NCBI RefSeq assembly: GCF_006345805.1 | Contig: NC_043000.1 | Coordinates: 139,066,001-139,130,000, forward strand | Reading direction: 5' to 3' | Length of the DNA: 64,000 nucleotides | From: Octopus sinensis | Lineage: Eukaryota | Part shown: piece by piece, positions 12,037-25,350 of the stretch | Layout: each line of letters starts with the position of its first letter | How positions within the stretch are numbered: the first letter of the stretch is position 1 | The notes under the pieces: generated by a model | The model's input: the letters and a program-made list of their open reading frames with translations, nothing else | Database searches by the model: none | What the model was told of the DNA's origin: nothing | Position numbers and translations under genes: made by a program

Positions 12037-12432
12037 TTATTATTATTATTATTATTATATGTTTGACTTTTGCTTTACATTTGTATAAGTTGGCTCCAAG
12101 TCTCACCCAGAGACCTCAAGAGACAACAAGTTGGAAGTTCAAGTTGGTGTTATGCCTAGGGTGCCATATATTTGGTTTTGTACTTAGTGTTGTACTAGTG
12201 AATGTCTAAAAAACCGTACGAAAATTATGTTTGTTTTAAAACTTGAGATTACATAGAAAGTATTTTGCATAGGATATGAGCAGTTCCTATGAGCACTATC
12301 TTTTGAATTTCTGCCATACAAGCATACATACATACATACCCATACACATACATACATATCCACATACATACACATGCGTGCACATGCTCATACAGACACA
12401 CAAACACACACATATACACAATAAATCAATAT

Positions 12433-12943
12433 GTGCATGGTGAACAGCAAGAATCAAAATGATGTCTTACATATTCATTCTTTACTTGTTTTGGCAGATT
12501 TAAGCATAGATACACTAATTACTATTGTATTTCATCAACTGGGTACAACTTCCTCTTTCAGATAAATGTATGTTCACCATAGGCTTAATTCATTAGTGTA
12601 AGGTAAGTTTGGGACACCAGTGTTTTGATATCATTCTGTCTCTTCAGTCAAAGTCACTCAGGACTAATGAATCTGAAAACAGTTTATGGCTCTTATTTAT
12701 AACTTCAGCATATATCATATTTGCTGATGTGTACTATATACCATCCAATAATAAATCCTCTCATGCATGATTGACAGTGAGAATCACATGATGACTTACA
12801 GACTCATTCTTAATTCATTTTGGCAAATTCAAACATGAATGTACTAATCACTATTGTATTTCATTAACAGAGAACAACTCCTTTCAGACGAATGTGTTCA
12901 TAGCGCACATTCTTCATTAATGTAAGGTGACTTTAGGACACTC
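12433..12943. repeat. Diverged local direct duplication (~180-bp units, ~330-bp period)
   Basis: Shared blocks atgatg.cttaca, ttttggca, actaat.actattgtatttcat, tttcaga, ttcatta.tgtaaggt, ggacac. Confidence 0.8.
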
Positions 12944-13097
12944 AAATAATTTGCTTGTTGAAGTTATAAGCAAAATCCACACACTCCTGTTAAATTCATT
13001 AATCTGGTGGGTAGCTTTGATTAACATCAAAACACTGGCTGCCCAAAATCACCTTACATGATGTAAATGGGAATTATTTAATAACATGTTTGTTTTG

Positions 13098-13537
13098 TAT
13101 AGGTGTAGGAGTGGCTGTGTGGTAAGTAGCTTGCTTATGAACCACATGGTTTCGGGTTCAGTCCCACTGCCTGGCACCTTGGGCAAGTGTCTTCTACTAT
13201 AGACTCGGGCCGACCAAAGCCTTGTGAGTGGATTTGGTAGATGGAAACTGAAAGAAGCCCGTCATATATATGTATGTATATACATATATATAGATATATG
13301 TATGAGTGTGTATATGTTTGTGTGTCTGTGTTTGTCCCCCCAACATTGCTTGATAACCGATGCTGATGTGTTTATGTCCCTGTAACTTAGCAGCTTGGCA
13401 AAAGAGACCGATAGAATAAGAACTAGGCTTACAAAGAATAAGTCCTGGGGTCGATTTGCTCGACTAAAGGCGGAGCTCTAGCATGGCCGCAGTCAAATGA
13501 CTGAAACAAGTAAAAGAGTAAAAGAGAAAGAGAGAGT
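13098..13537 (+). mobile_element. SINE family A, full length
   Basis: A/B-box head, ccttgggcaagtg core, central TA/TG tract, gtaaaagag tail. Confidence 0.9.
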
Positions 13538-13716
13538 ATTCAGGTACTACATAAAGAATACTCATGAAAAACGTTGATATTGCTGTTTGACACCTCTCAA
13601 GTTATATTGAACATTTATTTAAAATATAAAACTAGTATTTTTGTTGGTTTCTATACATATATTGAAAACACTTGCTTCTTTTTCTTATTAATATTTCTCT
13701 CCCTCCTTTCTTTTAG

Positions 13717-13743
13717 AAAAGCAACAAGATGAAACAAATGCAG
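13717..13743 (+). CDS. Speculative 27-nt symmetric micro-exon (xKQQDETNA, phase 1-1)
   Basis: Long polypyrimidine tract tttctctccctcctttcttttag| and CAG|gtacgt donor; open frame; no homology recognised. Confidence 0.3.
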
Positions 13744-15261
13744 GTACGTATAACTACATTAGCTAGTTTTACCATCCTTTCTTTAGATGTTAAATCATAA
13801 GTAGATAGCCATCGGCTGTTATTTCTAGCAAGCTGAATTACCACACCTTGACTCATCATTGTGACTACTGTTTTAAGTAGTGCAGGTTTTCCTATGTCCA
13901 TTTAATACAAAGAACACTAGAGAGAAAGTAGAGTAGAGATAGAGCCGGGATAATACTTTGAGAGTGAGGGAAGAAAAGTTGTTATAGAGAATGAAAGAAA
14001 TATAGATAGATAAATGGAAAGGAAAAGGTAGTGGAAGGTGGTGGTTTATTTGCAACTTGTACTGCTATATCCTATGGCAAGGTTTGACTCATTTGAAAAT
14101 GTTTCAGTAAATTGACTTACATCACAAAAACTGGAATAACAGTTGCTCTCTGTGACAGTAATTATTCAGGCAAAAGATGATGCTCTCTATTGTTAAAACT
14201 GTTTAATTGTGAAGTTCAATAATTTTAGGTTAGCTTCTTCATCCCAGTAATTTTTAACCATATGATGGATGATATAGACAGTGGAAACATCGAAACTTTA
14301 TGTATGTTATCAGTAAAAGCATTAACTATAATCTTAGTAAAAGTCTTATATATGTTGTCAATGAAAGACATTTGTTCTAATTCTTTCTTATGATAATACA
14401 CATAGACCCTAACTTATCAGTCATATAGTTTTCAATGCTTGTTGAAGTTTCATTATCACTTTATAATGGTACTTTGATACAGTACCTCAGCATCACTGGG
14501 TACCACTGCTACCTAATATGCAGGAATTTTTTGTTTAGTAACTAGGTCTGGTTGATATGGCAGCCAAGTCTCCCTAAAAATAGCACCTTCTTGTCTCTTG
14601 CATTTGTTTATATGTGTATACAAACCAACGTAGGAACTACTACATGGTCACTAGGACTGGTAGAAAAAGCAGCCAAATCTCTCTCATGCCACAAGTTATA
14701 TGCAAAAATGGTTGTATGCGACTCAGTTAAAATTTGACTTTGTTTCTATGAATTATCAAAAGAAATATGTGGATTCTTCAAAGTTGATAATTATGTACCC
14801 ATCTATAAATTGTTCTAAATTTTCACACAAACTTCAGATATTTGATATTTTTAACTTCTTAGATACTGATTGATTTAAAAAAATTAAATTCATTGAAATT
14901 TAATAATTGGTACTTTGTTTTCCACTGACAACAGATATAATAATTCAAAACATTACTTACCATAAACTAAAGCATAAGGATTGACTTCAAGATATTTAGC
15001 TCAAATTTCTGGGGTAAGTTTATACCTGCTCTATAGATTACCTCCAAACATACAACAATCTACTGTATATTTGGAGTCAACCAAAACTTATGCCTAAATG
15101 ATGGAAACATGTGCTGCAGCATTAATGTAGTGCTGGATTTGTATAGCTACTTAATTATTGTATATTAATCTCTGTGTAAATATCTTAAACATGTTTCCAA
15201 AACAAGAGTGTCTGCAGGAAATATTGGTGCCAGGTTGCTTGAGTTATAAGTGATGAACAGT

Positions 15262-15383
15262 GATTATTTGTAGTGTCGCCTTACTGGCACTTGTGCCGGT
15301 GGCACGTGAAAAAACCTTTTGAGCAAGGTCGTTGCCAGTGCCACTGGACTGGCTCCTGTGCAGGTGGTACGTAAAAAACACCA
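15262..15383 (+). mobile_element. RTE 3'-UTR module fragment (family C)
   Basis: gtgccggtggcacgtgaaaaaacc modules. Confidence 0.7.
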
Positions 15384-15972
15384 AGAAAATAAATCGTTGC
15401 CATTGATGATGTTTTGTTTGAGGCAAGGGAGACAACACACAAATTTTAATTTATGAACAACTAAATATGGGGCAGCATACAGTAAGAAGTAAATACAGCA
15501 ATAACTTTGCATGCGTTTCAGTCTTATTGAACCTCTTCAGTAAAGCACAGGCTTAAATATATTCATTGTATTCATTTTACTGGTCTATTCAATGAGTGTA
15601 TGTTTCATGGGTGGAATGCATCTTGTTCCAACAAATTCTTCATATATTCAAATTATTCAAATGGTTTAATAAAATATTTATAACTTTCAATATTGTTATA
15701 TTTTGATGGGTTTGACAAACTGAAATTTCAAAAAATAATTCATGTAATAATGAAACTTAATAATCTTAATTTAAACATAAACAGTTTAGTATGGTTAGTC
15801 ATGAGTAGATTCGTGTTAAAAGCGTTAACACAGTGGTTCTCACATGAGTACAGATATAATTGAAAAGATGCTGGGTAGGATGTTGAATTATCATGTGTCA
15901 TGAATTTGAAATAGTTTTAAACTTTTAAACATTTTCTAAATCATAGAAAAAAAATAAAACAGAATTACATGC

Positions 15973-16410
15973 ATAGGTGCAGGAGTGGCTGTGTGGCTAG
16001 GCGTAAGAGTGGATGTGTGGTAAGTAGCTTGTCTACCAACCACATGGTTCCAGGTTCAGTCCCACTGTGTGGCATCTTGGGCAAGTGTCTTCTGCTATAG
16101 CCTCGGGCTGACCAATGCCTTGTGAGTGGATTTGGTATATGGAAACTGAAAGAAGCCTGTCGTATATATGTATATATATATATATATGCATGCGTGTGTT
16201 TGTGTGTCTGTGTTTGTCCCCCTGGCATTGCTTGACAACCGATGCTGGTGTGTTTACGTCCCCGTCACTTAGCGGTTCGGCAAAAGAGACCGATAGAATA
16301 AGTACTGGGCTTACAAAGAATAAGTCCCGGGGTCGATTTGCTTGACTAAAGGCGGTGCTCCAGCATGGCCGCAGTCAAATGACTGAAACAAGTAAAAGAG
16401 TAAAAAGAGT
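15973..16410 (+). mobile_element. SINE family A, first of a head-to-tail pair
   Basis: Full-length copy with a duplicated A-box head. Confidence 0.9.
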
Positions 16411-16411
16411 A

Positions 16412-16833
16412 TATAGGTGCAGGAGTGGCTGTGTGGATAGGCATAGGAGTGGATGTGTGGTAAGTAGCTTGCTTACCAACCACATGGTTCTGGGTTCATT
16501 CCTACTGTGTGGAACCTTAGCCTCAGGCCGACCAAAGCTTTGTGAGTGGATTTGGTAGATGGAAACTGAAAGAAGCCCATTGTATACATGTATATATATA
16601 TGCATGTGTATATATGTTTGTGTGTCTGTGTTTGTCCCCTCCCCACCAACATCGCTTGACAACTGATGCTGGTGTGTTTACATCGCCGTAACTTAGCGGT
16701 TTGGCAAAATATACCGATAGGATAAGTACTAGGCTTACAAAGAATAAGTCCGGTGGGGGGGGGGGCGATTTGCTCGACTAAAGGTGGTGCTCCAGCATGG
16801 CCACAGTCAAATGACTGAGACAAGTAAAAGAGT
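16412..16833 (+). mobile_element. SINE family A, second of the head-to-tail pair
   Basis: Same duplicated head; internal deletion in the core. Confidence 0.9.
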
Positions 16834-17017
16834 ATATAAATTCTAATTTGTCCTCTCATTAATAAAAACATAAGGGTGCAAAAAATTTGCTTAAATATTT
16901 TAGGGTAGTCGAGGTACCTGGCATTAGTGTCTAGGTTAACCAATGTCACCTTCATTAAACTCACTGCCAACTCGTTAAGTTGCTAATCATATACTAGATT
17001 ATATGCATACATTGACT

Positions 17018-17221
17018 GCTTAGCATGAAATGCATTGCCGTATTTCGTCTGTCGTTACGTTGCGAGTTCAAATTCCGCTGAGGTTGACTTTGCCTTTCAT
17101 CCTTTCGGGGTCAATAAATAAAGTACCAGTTACGCAGTGGGGTCGATGTAATTGACTTAATCCCTTTGTCTGTCGTTGTTTGTCCCCTCTATGTCTAGCC
17201 CCTTGTGGGCAATAAAGAAAC
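17018..17221 (+). mobile_element. tRNA-derived SINE family B (Meta-domain-like)
   Basis: B box gagttcaaattcc followed by gactttgcctttcatcctttcggggtcaataa..aagtaccag; domain name is from recall and unverified. Confidence 0.8.
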
Positions 17222-17752
17222 ATGTTAATCTTAGGGGATATATTCTGTCATTTGTTTCCATCAAACAGTGTAGGGATGGTTAAATTAAAGAAGAAATCTG
17301 TTATGAGGTTAACCAAGGTGTTAGAGTAGCATAAAAGGCAACATGAAACCAGAACCTATTACCAATAGCATTTTTGTTACAGTTACAATCAATTGGTGAA
17401 TACATTCATGTTAGAATTGTTTAACATTTATAAGAGGCTTATCAGGATAATACTGCCTTATAACTATGTGGGCTTTATACTTTTTATTTTGTAAAACATA
17501 TTGAGCATTTTCCTAGATTTGTATTAGTCTTGTTAGTTATGCTGGCATTGTTTAACAGCATCTGCCTTTGATAGTTGTACTGGTAGAACTGATCTCTTTT
17601 ATGCTGATAACAATATCAATTATGTTCAGGAGCAGGATAAACACATTAGAGAAAAAAAAATGTGGAAAAGTTACTAAAACTAATATTATTGATGTTGATC
17701 ACTACAGCTACAGAAAGAGGGCTGATGTTATCTGTAATTAATATATACGTAT

Positions 17753-17990
<238 letters not shown>

Positions 17991-18419
17991 AATACAAATG
18001 TTTTTTTACAGGAATCTATGAAAATCAGATAATCTATAGAATTGTAAAAATATCAATTAGTGATATCAATAAAGAGATCAAACAAACATTCTCAGAAAAG
18101 TCATAAAACAACAGGCAAAATGAAATAATGTAAAATAGAACGCAAGAGAAATTAAATCAAGATAACAATAATAAAACAATGTTTAATTGCAGTGTTGCCA
18201 GCAACTGAGAATGTTGAAGATGTAAAGATTTTATTAGAATGGTAAAAGGTGAACTTATATGATTAAATATACGAAAAAAAAAAAGCAAAAAAAACAAAAC
18301 AATAGCAAATGAAGTTATAAAAACAAACAAAAAAATGAATGTTCAGGGCGAGAAATAAATGTCTTTTAAAAATCGATGAAAATAAAATCTAGTTTTAGTG
18401 ATGTGAATTGTGAAAAGAC

Positions 18420-18502
18420 TAATAATAATCATGATGATAATAGTAATAATAATAATGATGATAATAGTAATAATAATAATGATGATAATAGTAATAATAA
18501 TG

Positions 18503-18572
<70 letters not shown>

Positions 18573-18581
18573 TAACAATAA

Positions 18582-18628
<47 letters not shown>

Positions 18629-18652
18629 TAATAATAATAATAATAATAATAG
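18420..18652. repeat. (AAT)n tract with a 21-bp higher-order unit
   Basis: gatgataatagtaataataat repeated three times, then pure AAT. Confidence 0.95.
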
Positions 18653-19323
18653 TAATTTCAAACCATATGTGTATCTGTTTTAATATTTTATTCATTTAGC
18701 TATTTGCATTTTACTTTATTTATAGGTGAGCAAATAAAATTTGTCTTGACTATATTTGTGTCTGTCTTAGTTTAAATTGGATTAAGTGTCTGTCTGAATA
18801 TAAATTTGCTTGTATTCCAAACTGCATGTGTGTGTATGTGTGTGATTCTATAAATTTTCTTTTATGTCTGAGAATGAAATGGTTGCTCATTGTCTGTGGA
18901 CAGCATTGCTGTGAAAACAGCAAAGTTGGTTTCAGGTTTGGAATTTTGCAGGAATAAATGATAAGGAAAAGTTTTTTTCATAGTAAAAATGTTATCAGAA
19001 AATAGGATTATGTCTACAGTTTGATAAAAAGGCAGGTTATGAGCAGAGTTATATATGGACATGTTTATATTTACACAGCTTCAAATTGGGTTACATCAAC
19101 AATTTTTTTTTTTTTTTTTGTAAAACAGGTGTCTGTCTAAGAAACAGGTTAAAAGATGAAATCAAGTCAGCAATGTAGCAATAGAATCAGATTGGAAATT
19201 TGCAATTTGTACAGTTTTAGCTAAGTTACAGACATTTTATTGGGTTATTCTTAATGTGTCTTTGACTCAATTAACTAAATAGCATAAACTATGTATTTAA
19301 AATAAATATCCATACCTATACAT

Positions 19324-19324
<1 letters not shown>

Positions 19325-19370
<46 letters not shown>

Positions 19371-19412
19371 TCATCATCATCATCATTTAAATATATATAT
19401 TTATATATAAAA

Positions 19413-19466
<54 letters not shown>

Positions 19467-19482
19467 TTATATATATATATAC

Positions 19483-19544
<62 letters not shown>

Positions 19545-19552
19545 ATGTATAT
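19325..19552. repeat. Compound (TA)n/(CAT)n/(TG)n/(TATG)n microsatellite
   Basis: Direct reading. Confidence 0.95.
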
Positions 19553-19962
19553 GTCATTTCATAAGCACTTCTCGTATTGATATTCACAAATATTTACACA
19601 TATAATGTTTCTGCATCAACACACTATACAGACATGTATTTGCTACGACACATACCTTTCTACTTGTTACAGAACATCAATTCAATTCACACCAATCAGA
19701 TAACAATGGCTTACTTGTCAAGTGAATTACTTGACTGTTCTTCTAAGTGTGTATTCCCCCCTCATTTATTATAAAAACAGTTTTTTCCCAGGGCTAACTT
19801 GTCTTATCTTCTGACAGAACATTTAGAAATGGCTTTAATTAAGTTCTGTAATTTACTTCATTTCTGTGGTTCATTCTTAATATGTACAAAGTCAGCGTAA
19901 AACTCTTGTTTTCTCAAACTGTTTATTAGTTTGTAACATTTCTCTTAGAAATGTAAGTTATG

Positions 19963-20392
19963 TTTTACTCTTTTACTCTTTTACTCTTTTACTTGTTTCA
20001 GTCATTTGACTGTGGCAGTGCTCCATGCTGGAGCACTGCCTTTAGTTAAGCAACTCGACCCCGGGACTTATTCTTTGTAAGCCCAGTACTTATTCTATCG
20101 GTCTCTTTTGGCGAACCGCTAAGTGATCGGGACATAAACACACCAGCATCGGTTGTCAAGCAATGCAGGGGGGACAAACACAGACACACAATCACACATG
20201 CATACATATATATATACATATATATACGATGGGCTTCTTTCAGTTTCCGTCTACCAAATCCACTCACAAGGCTTTGGTCGGCCCGAGGCTATAGTAGAAG
20301 ACACTTGCCCAAGGTGTCACGCAGTGGGACTGAACCCAGAACCATGTGGTTGGTAAGCAAGCTACTTACCACACAGCCACTCCTGCGCCTAT
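19963..20392 (-). mobile_element. SINE family A, full length
   Basis: Reverse complement of the family A pattern. Confidence 0.9.
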
Positions 20393-21750
20393 ATTATATT
20401 AAATGTTACTTTATTATTTTCTATTTTCCTTTTACATTTTTAGTGTGGTGAGAGTGGATAGAGCCCATAAACCTGTTGCAAGGCCCCATGATTGGTGGGA
20501 GGAATGGAGTCAGATATCCTGAAATCAGAATCCTGGCTTGAATGTTTGCAATAGTATGAACTCTTCCAGGTGGTTTTATAAAAGTAAGCAATGGATTAAG
20601 TTTATTATCCAAATCATTCAAGGCAAAATTTAATCTCAGAAAGCACAGAGCTGGAACAAGTACTGCAAGGAGCAACTCCAAGATTATTACAGTGCCACTA
20701 ATTCCCTGCTTTGAATTAGTACCTTTGCATCGACTATCGTAGGATGAAAGGTGAAGTTGATCTGAGTAAAATCAGAATGTAATGCATGGAGTATTCTCCA
20801 CAAAGCATTCTCCAATGACTCAGCTAATTTGCAAACTCAATATATAATTTGTATATAATATCTATACATTTTTTTGTGACTGTATATCTTTAGACAGCTT
20901 GAGAACTGGACTGTCTCTTCTTTGCATAACGTCTAGAATTTGTTGTCAAATAGTAATTGGTAAACCTCATAATGTTTTCCTAATGCAATCTTTACTTATG
21001 TTATGTAGTAATTCTTCCTACAACCAATAATTACAATCTTTACAGTTATGGAATAAGGTAATTTGAATAGTAAGAAATTTATGATGAATTTCTAAAAAAG
21101 GAAATTACTTTCTTCCAAATAGATACTAAAGAAGATGTGTGTCTCCAATGAGATTAAGAAGTAGTACACCGTTGTACATCTGTATGGGTTTTACAGAGTG
21201 TTTTATTAGGGACGCAACAAATTCAATAACTTTGACAACTTATTCTTATTGGAAATTCTCAAAATTCTTTTTTTGGTCTCTTTCATTATGCTTGAAATTT
21301 AAAAAGAAAATCAAAGCCACTTAATTTGTGCTGCTAAACCTTGTTATTTTTACCTGCAAATACTTACGAAACAGCCACCTTATCTAAAATATTCCATGTG
21401 TCCTACAACTTGTACTTAGACTATTATTGAAGATAGAAAAAGTGAGTCTCTGCATCAGCTAAATTTTAAGAAATAGCCAACTCTATTGTTATGATATATA
21501 GTATCGACAGGTAAGAAGTCTGGTTTAACTATTCTTGTCAAGACAAAAGAATTTCTGTAATTTTTTTTTGTGATATCTCACCCCATTTTGGAGATGTCTT
21601 CACTCTAATAGAGATCAAAAACCACCCAACTACATAAATGTTAGTAGCAGAGAGAAACAACATGAAATTGATAGCATGATATTGAGTACCTGTCATAGAT
21701 AATGGAGAACAGATTCCTGGTGTGGTGAAATGAGGCTTGATTGTGGGCAT

Positions 21751-21781
<31 letters not shown>

Positions 21782-21800
21782 TAATAATAATAATAATATA

Positions 21801-21833
<33 letters not shown>

Positions 21834-22081
21834 ATATATATATACATTTAAAGTCAGTAACATTATATATTTTTTGAAGAACTTTATACTGCTGGTATAA
21901 TATTTTATTCTAATGTATTTTCTCTATGAGATCAGTATCAACACCTCATGTCATATATAATTTTTCACTCAGTTATAACTTTATCATTAATAACTTTCTA
22001 CATTCATGACAAAAACACGCCCTGTTTTCAAAATACTTTAACCTCTACTTAGCAATAAATACTATCTTCAGCTATATTTAA

Positions 22082-22293
22082 CCCTTTTGTTACCAACCCG
22101 GCTGAAACCGGCTCTGGCTCTGAGTACAAATGCCTTGTTTTCATAAGTTTTGAATTAAATTCTTCAACCAAACCTTGGTCACAATTTATGTTTGTAACAC
22201 TAACTGAATGATAACTAAGTTATTTTACTAAATTCTTTGTTATATTTAAAGTAATTCAAAGAAACACAGAGCATCTCAAAATAAATACAGTAA
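22082..22293. mobile_element. piggyBac-type MITE, right end truncated
   Basis: TTAA|CCCTTTTGTTAC start; inverted homologue of 56558-56778. Confidence 0.75.
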
Positions 22294-22480
22294 ACACTGG
22301 TTTTTCCATCCAACATCTTTCAGCCATCCTGGTTTAATAACTTCTTAAATACTGGCAACCTGACTTTCCCAAAAAATTGTACACGCCATTTTTAAATTAG
22401 TTCACTTCACCTCCTTTTACAAAATTAATTTGAACCTGATGTGACTGGACTAGTCTTCTATTGCTACCTCTATTGAGTAA

Positions 22481-22868
22481 TCTATATATATAAAGCTGAA
22501 GTTGTCTGTGTGGGGCAGGTTTGGTAGCTTTCAACTAACACTATCTCCTCCGAGACCCTGCGGTGCAAGTTGACCAAAATTGAGAGTATGATAGAAGAAG
22601 CCCAGCCCTTCCTTCCGTAGAAAAAGAGATTCACATCGGACCATGTTAACACCAAGAATTATTTACATCAAGAAGGTGCTTTTTTTCTATGAAAATCCCT
22701 ATTTTTTACGATTTTTTTACTGCTGTATCGACAATTTTCAGTGGATTTCAACCAAAAAGTGTTCACTTAAAGAGAATAACAAGCTACATAATGCAAAATT
22801 TTACTTTTGAAAAATTCCAATTCTAAAGGGTCGAAACAAACCCGAGCAACGCCAGGTGATACTGCAAG
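22481..22868 (+). mobile_element. Non-autonomous Helitron
   Basis: A|TCTATATATATAAA start; 3' cccgagcaacgccagg hairpin and gatactgCAAG|T end (CTAG variant). Confidence 0.75.
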
Positions 22869-23568
22869 TATATTTTAAAGTCAGAATGGTTGATGTATTT
22901 TGCTTGGTAACAGTAATTATTTTCTATTTCAAGACACCAATATTCATAAATCACAAATTGTGTGAGCATGGTATGATATGAGATAAACTCCTGCTAAAAC
23001 GATGACTGTTGCCGTTTGCCATTCATCTTTTACGTTCTACTCCTCTTGCATGCCAAAATTTGAAGAAAAGACAAGAATATCATATCTTTCATTCTATCAT
23101 CTATTTCAAGTTATTAAGTTACAACAATAAAATATCACTGATTGGGAAATGCCAGATAATTTATTGGTAGCAACTAATGCCTGAGATAAACATAAAAATA
23201 AGATACAAATGAGAGCCCCAGAAATTATGATGTTTTCTGCATTGCAAGCTGTAAACATATTTCACTGTCACCATTCTATCAGTGAATTCATATGTAATCC
23301 ACATCATCGTCACATAATAATTCTGCTTGTTTCTCCGTTACTTAACCTGTCGGTAATGCTTTCACGCGATTAGCCAAAGGGGGTAGAAGGGGGCAGAGAG
23401 GTTAGGAGGCGGTGGAGGGGAAGTCGAAGGGAGGTGGATGAGAGGTGGATGAAAGGTGAAGAGGTGGGGTGGGGAGGTGGTGGTGAGCGAAATCTGTAAT
23501 TTTTATTTTTTGAACCAAGTGTTCTTTTCAATCCATTACTTAGCCCACCTGTAACGTTTTCACATGAT

Positions 23569-23801
23569 TACTCATTTACTCTTTTACTTGTTTCAGTCAT
23601 TTGACTGTGGCCATGCTGGAGCACCGCCTTTAGTCGAGCAAATTGAACCTTGGACTTATTCTTTGTAAGCCTAGTACTTATTCTATCGGTCTCTTTTGCC
23701 AAACCACTAAGTTATGGGAACATAAACACACCAGCATCGGTTGTCAAGCGATGTTGGAGGGGGACAAACACAGACACACAAACACATACATACATAAATA
23801 C

Positions 23802-23832
<31 letters not shown>

Positions 23833-24000
23833 TACAACAGGCTTCTTTCAGTTTCCATTTACCGAATCCACTCACAAGGCTTTGGTCGGCCTGAGGCTAT
23901 AGTAGAAGACACTTGCCCAAGGTGTCATGCAGTGGGACTGAACCTGGAACCATGCAGTCGGTAAGCAAGCTACATACCACACAACCATTTCTATGCCTAT
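23569..24000 (-). mobile_element. SINE family A
   Basis: Family A pattern. Confidence 0.9.
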
Positions 24001-24221
24001 TAGTGATTAGTTGAAGAGAAAGGTGAATAGTGAAAGAAAAAGGAGAGAGCAAAAGTGGGTAAGGGGAAGAGTGAGAGAGAAAGAGGGAGAGTGCATAAAG
24101 TATATAAAGGGCATTAAGTAATCATTGTATTCCAATTTCTTTCACTTTTCAATGAGAAGCTGATGAGTGACTATGTTTAATACAGAAACAACACAGACTG
24201 TGTTTTCAGATTTTTTTGATA

Positions 24222-24447
24222 ATCGACCCCAGGACTTATTCTTTGTAAGCCTAGTACTTATTTTATCGGTCTCTTTTGCCGAACCGCTAAGTTACGGGTA
24301 CATAAGCACACCACCATCAGTTGTTAAGCGATGTTGAGGGGGACAAACACAAACACATAAACACACACATACATATATGTATATATACATAGATATGACG
24401 GGCTTCTTTCAGTTTTCATCTACCAAGGCTTTGGTCGGCCCGAGGCC
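24222..24447 (-). mobile_element. SINE family A, internal fragment
   Basis: Family A pattern without head or tail. Confidence 0.8.
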
Positions 24448-24682
24448 AATTATCATAATTGAATTAACATCCACTTTTCCATACTGGCATGTGTCAGATA
24501 AAATTTCTTGAAACAGTTTTTCCACAAATAGAGGTTCTTTCTTTTGCTGGCCATTGCTACTTTCCACGCAATTTACTATTTCCTTTGGTGCTTTGAACGA
24601 TGGCTGAACAATTTTACATGGCAGATTGTAAATAAAAATACTATTGCACAACTGATGGTATTGGTTTCACACACCTTGTAAA

Positions 24683-24855
24683 TAGGTGCAGGAGTGGCTG
24701 TGTGGTAAGTAGCTTGCTAACCAACCACATGGTTCTGGAGTCAGTCCCACTGCGTGGCACCTTGGGCAAGTGTCTTCTACTATAGCCTCAGGCCGACCAA
24801 AGCCTTGTGAGTGGATTTGGTAGACGGAAACTGAAAGAAGCCCGTCGTATATATG

Positions 24856-24905
<50 letters not shown>

Positions 24906-25103
24906 CATGTGTGTGTTTGTGTGTCTGTGTTTGTCCCCTAGCATTGCTTGACAACCGATGCTGGTGTGTTTATGTCCCCGTTACTTAGCGATAGAATAAG
25001 TACTGGGCTTACAAAAGAATAAGTCCCGAGGTCGAGTTGCTCAATTAAAGGCGGTGCTCCAGCATGGCCACAGTCAAATGACTGAAACAAGTAAAAGAGT
25101 AAG
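24683..25103 (+). mobile_element. SINE family A
   Basis: Family A pattern. Confidence 0.9.
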
Positions 25104-25107
25104 TCAA

Positions 25108-25330
25108 GTGGAGGTTCATGGCTTAGTGGTTAGGGTATTGAACTCCTGATTGTAAGTCTGTGGATTTGATTCCTGGACTGGGCAATGCATTGTGTTCTTG
25201 AGCAAAACACTTCATTTCACATTGCTCCAGTTCACTCAGCTGGCAAAAATGAGTAATTCTGCTATGGACTGGCATCCCATCCAGGTGGGGAATATACATA
25301 CCATGAAACTGGTAAACTAGCTCTTATATG
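25108..25330 (+). mobile_element. tRNA-derived SINE with a V-domain-like segment
   Basis: tggcttagtggttaggg head and ctatggactggcatcccatccaggtgggg segment. Confidence 0.7.
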
Positions 25331-25350
25331 TCAGTCATCAAATTCGAAGA

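Noticed and set aside
12433-12943. H/ACA or C/D snoRNA pair as a firm call
   Set aside because: H-to-ACA spacing is short (46-48 nt), hairpins are not conserved between copies, and no paired C/D boxes are present; kept only as an unexplained duplication
20421-20681. 86-aa ORF with a signal-peptide-like start
   Set aside because: Begins at TTG, has no homology, and is compatible with chance
24409-24651. 80-codon minus-strand open frame in partly unique DNA
   Set aside because: Non-ATG start, poor splice signals, runs into a SINE, no recognisable motif; a plus-strand VFPQ..CYF resemblance to MULE transposase was too weak
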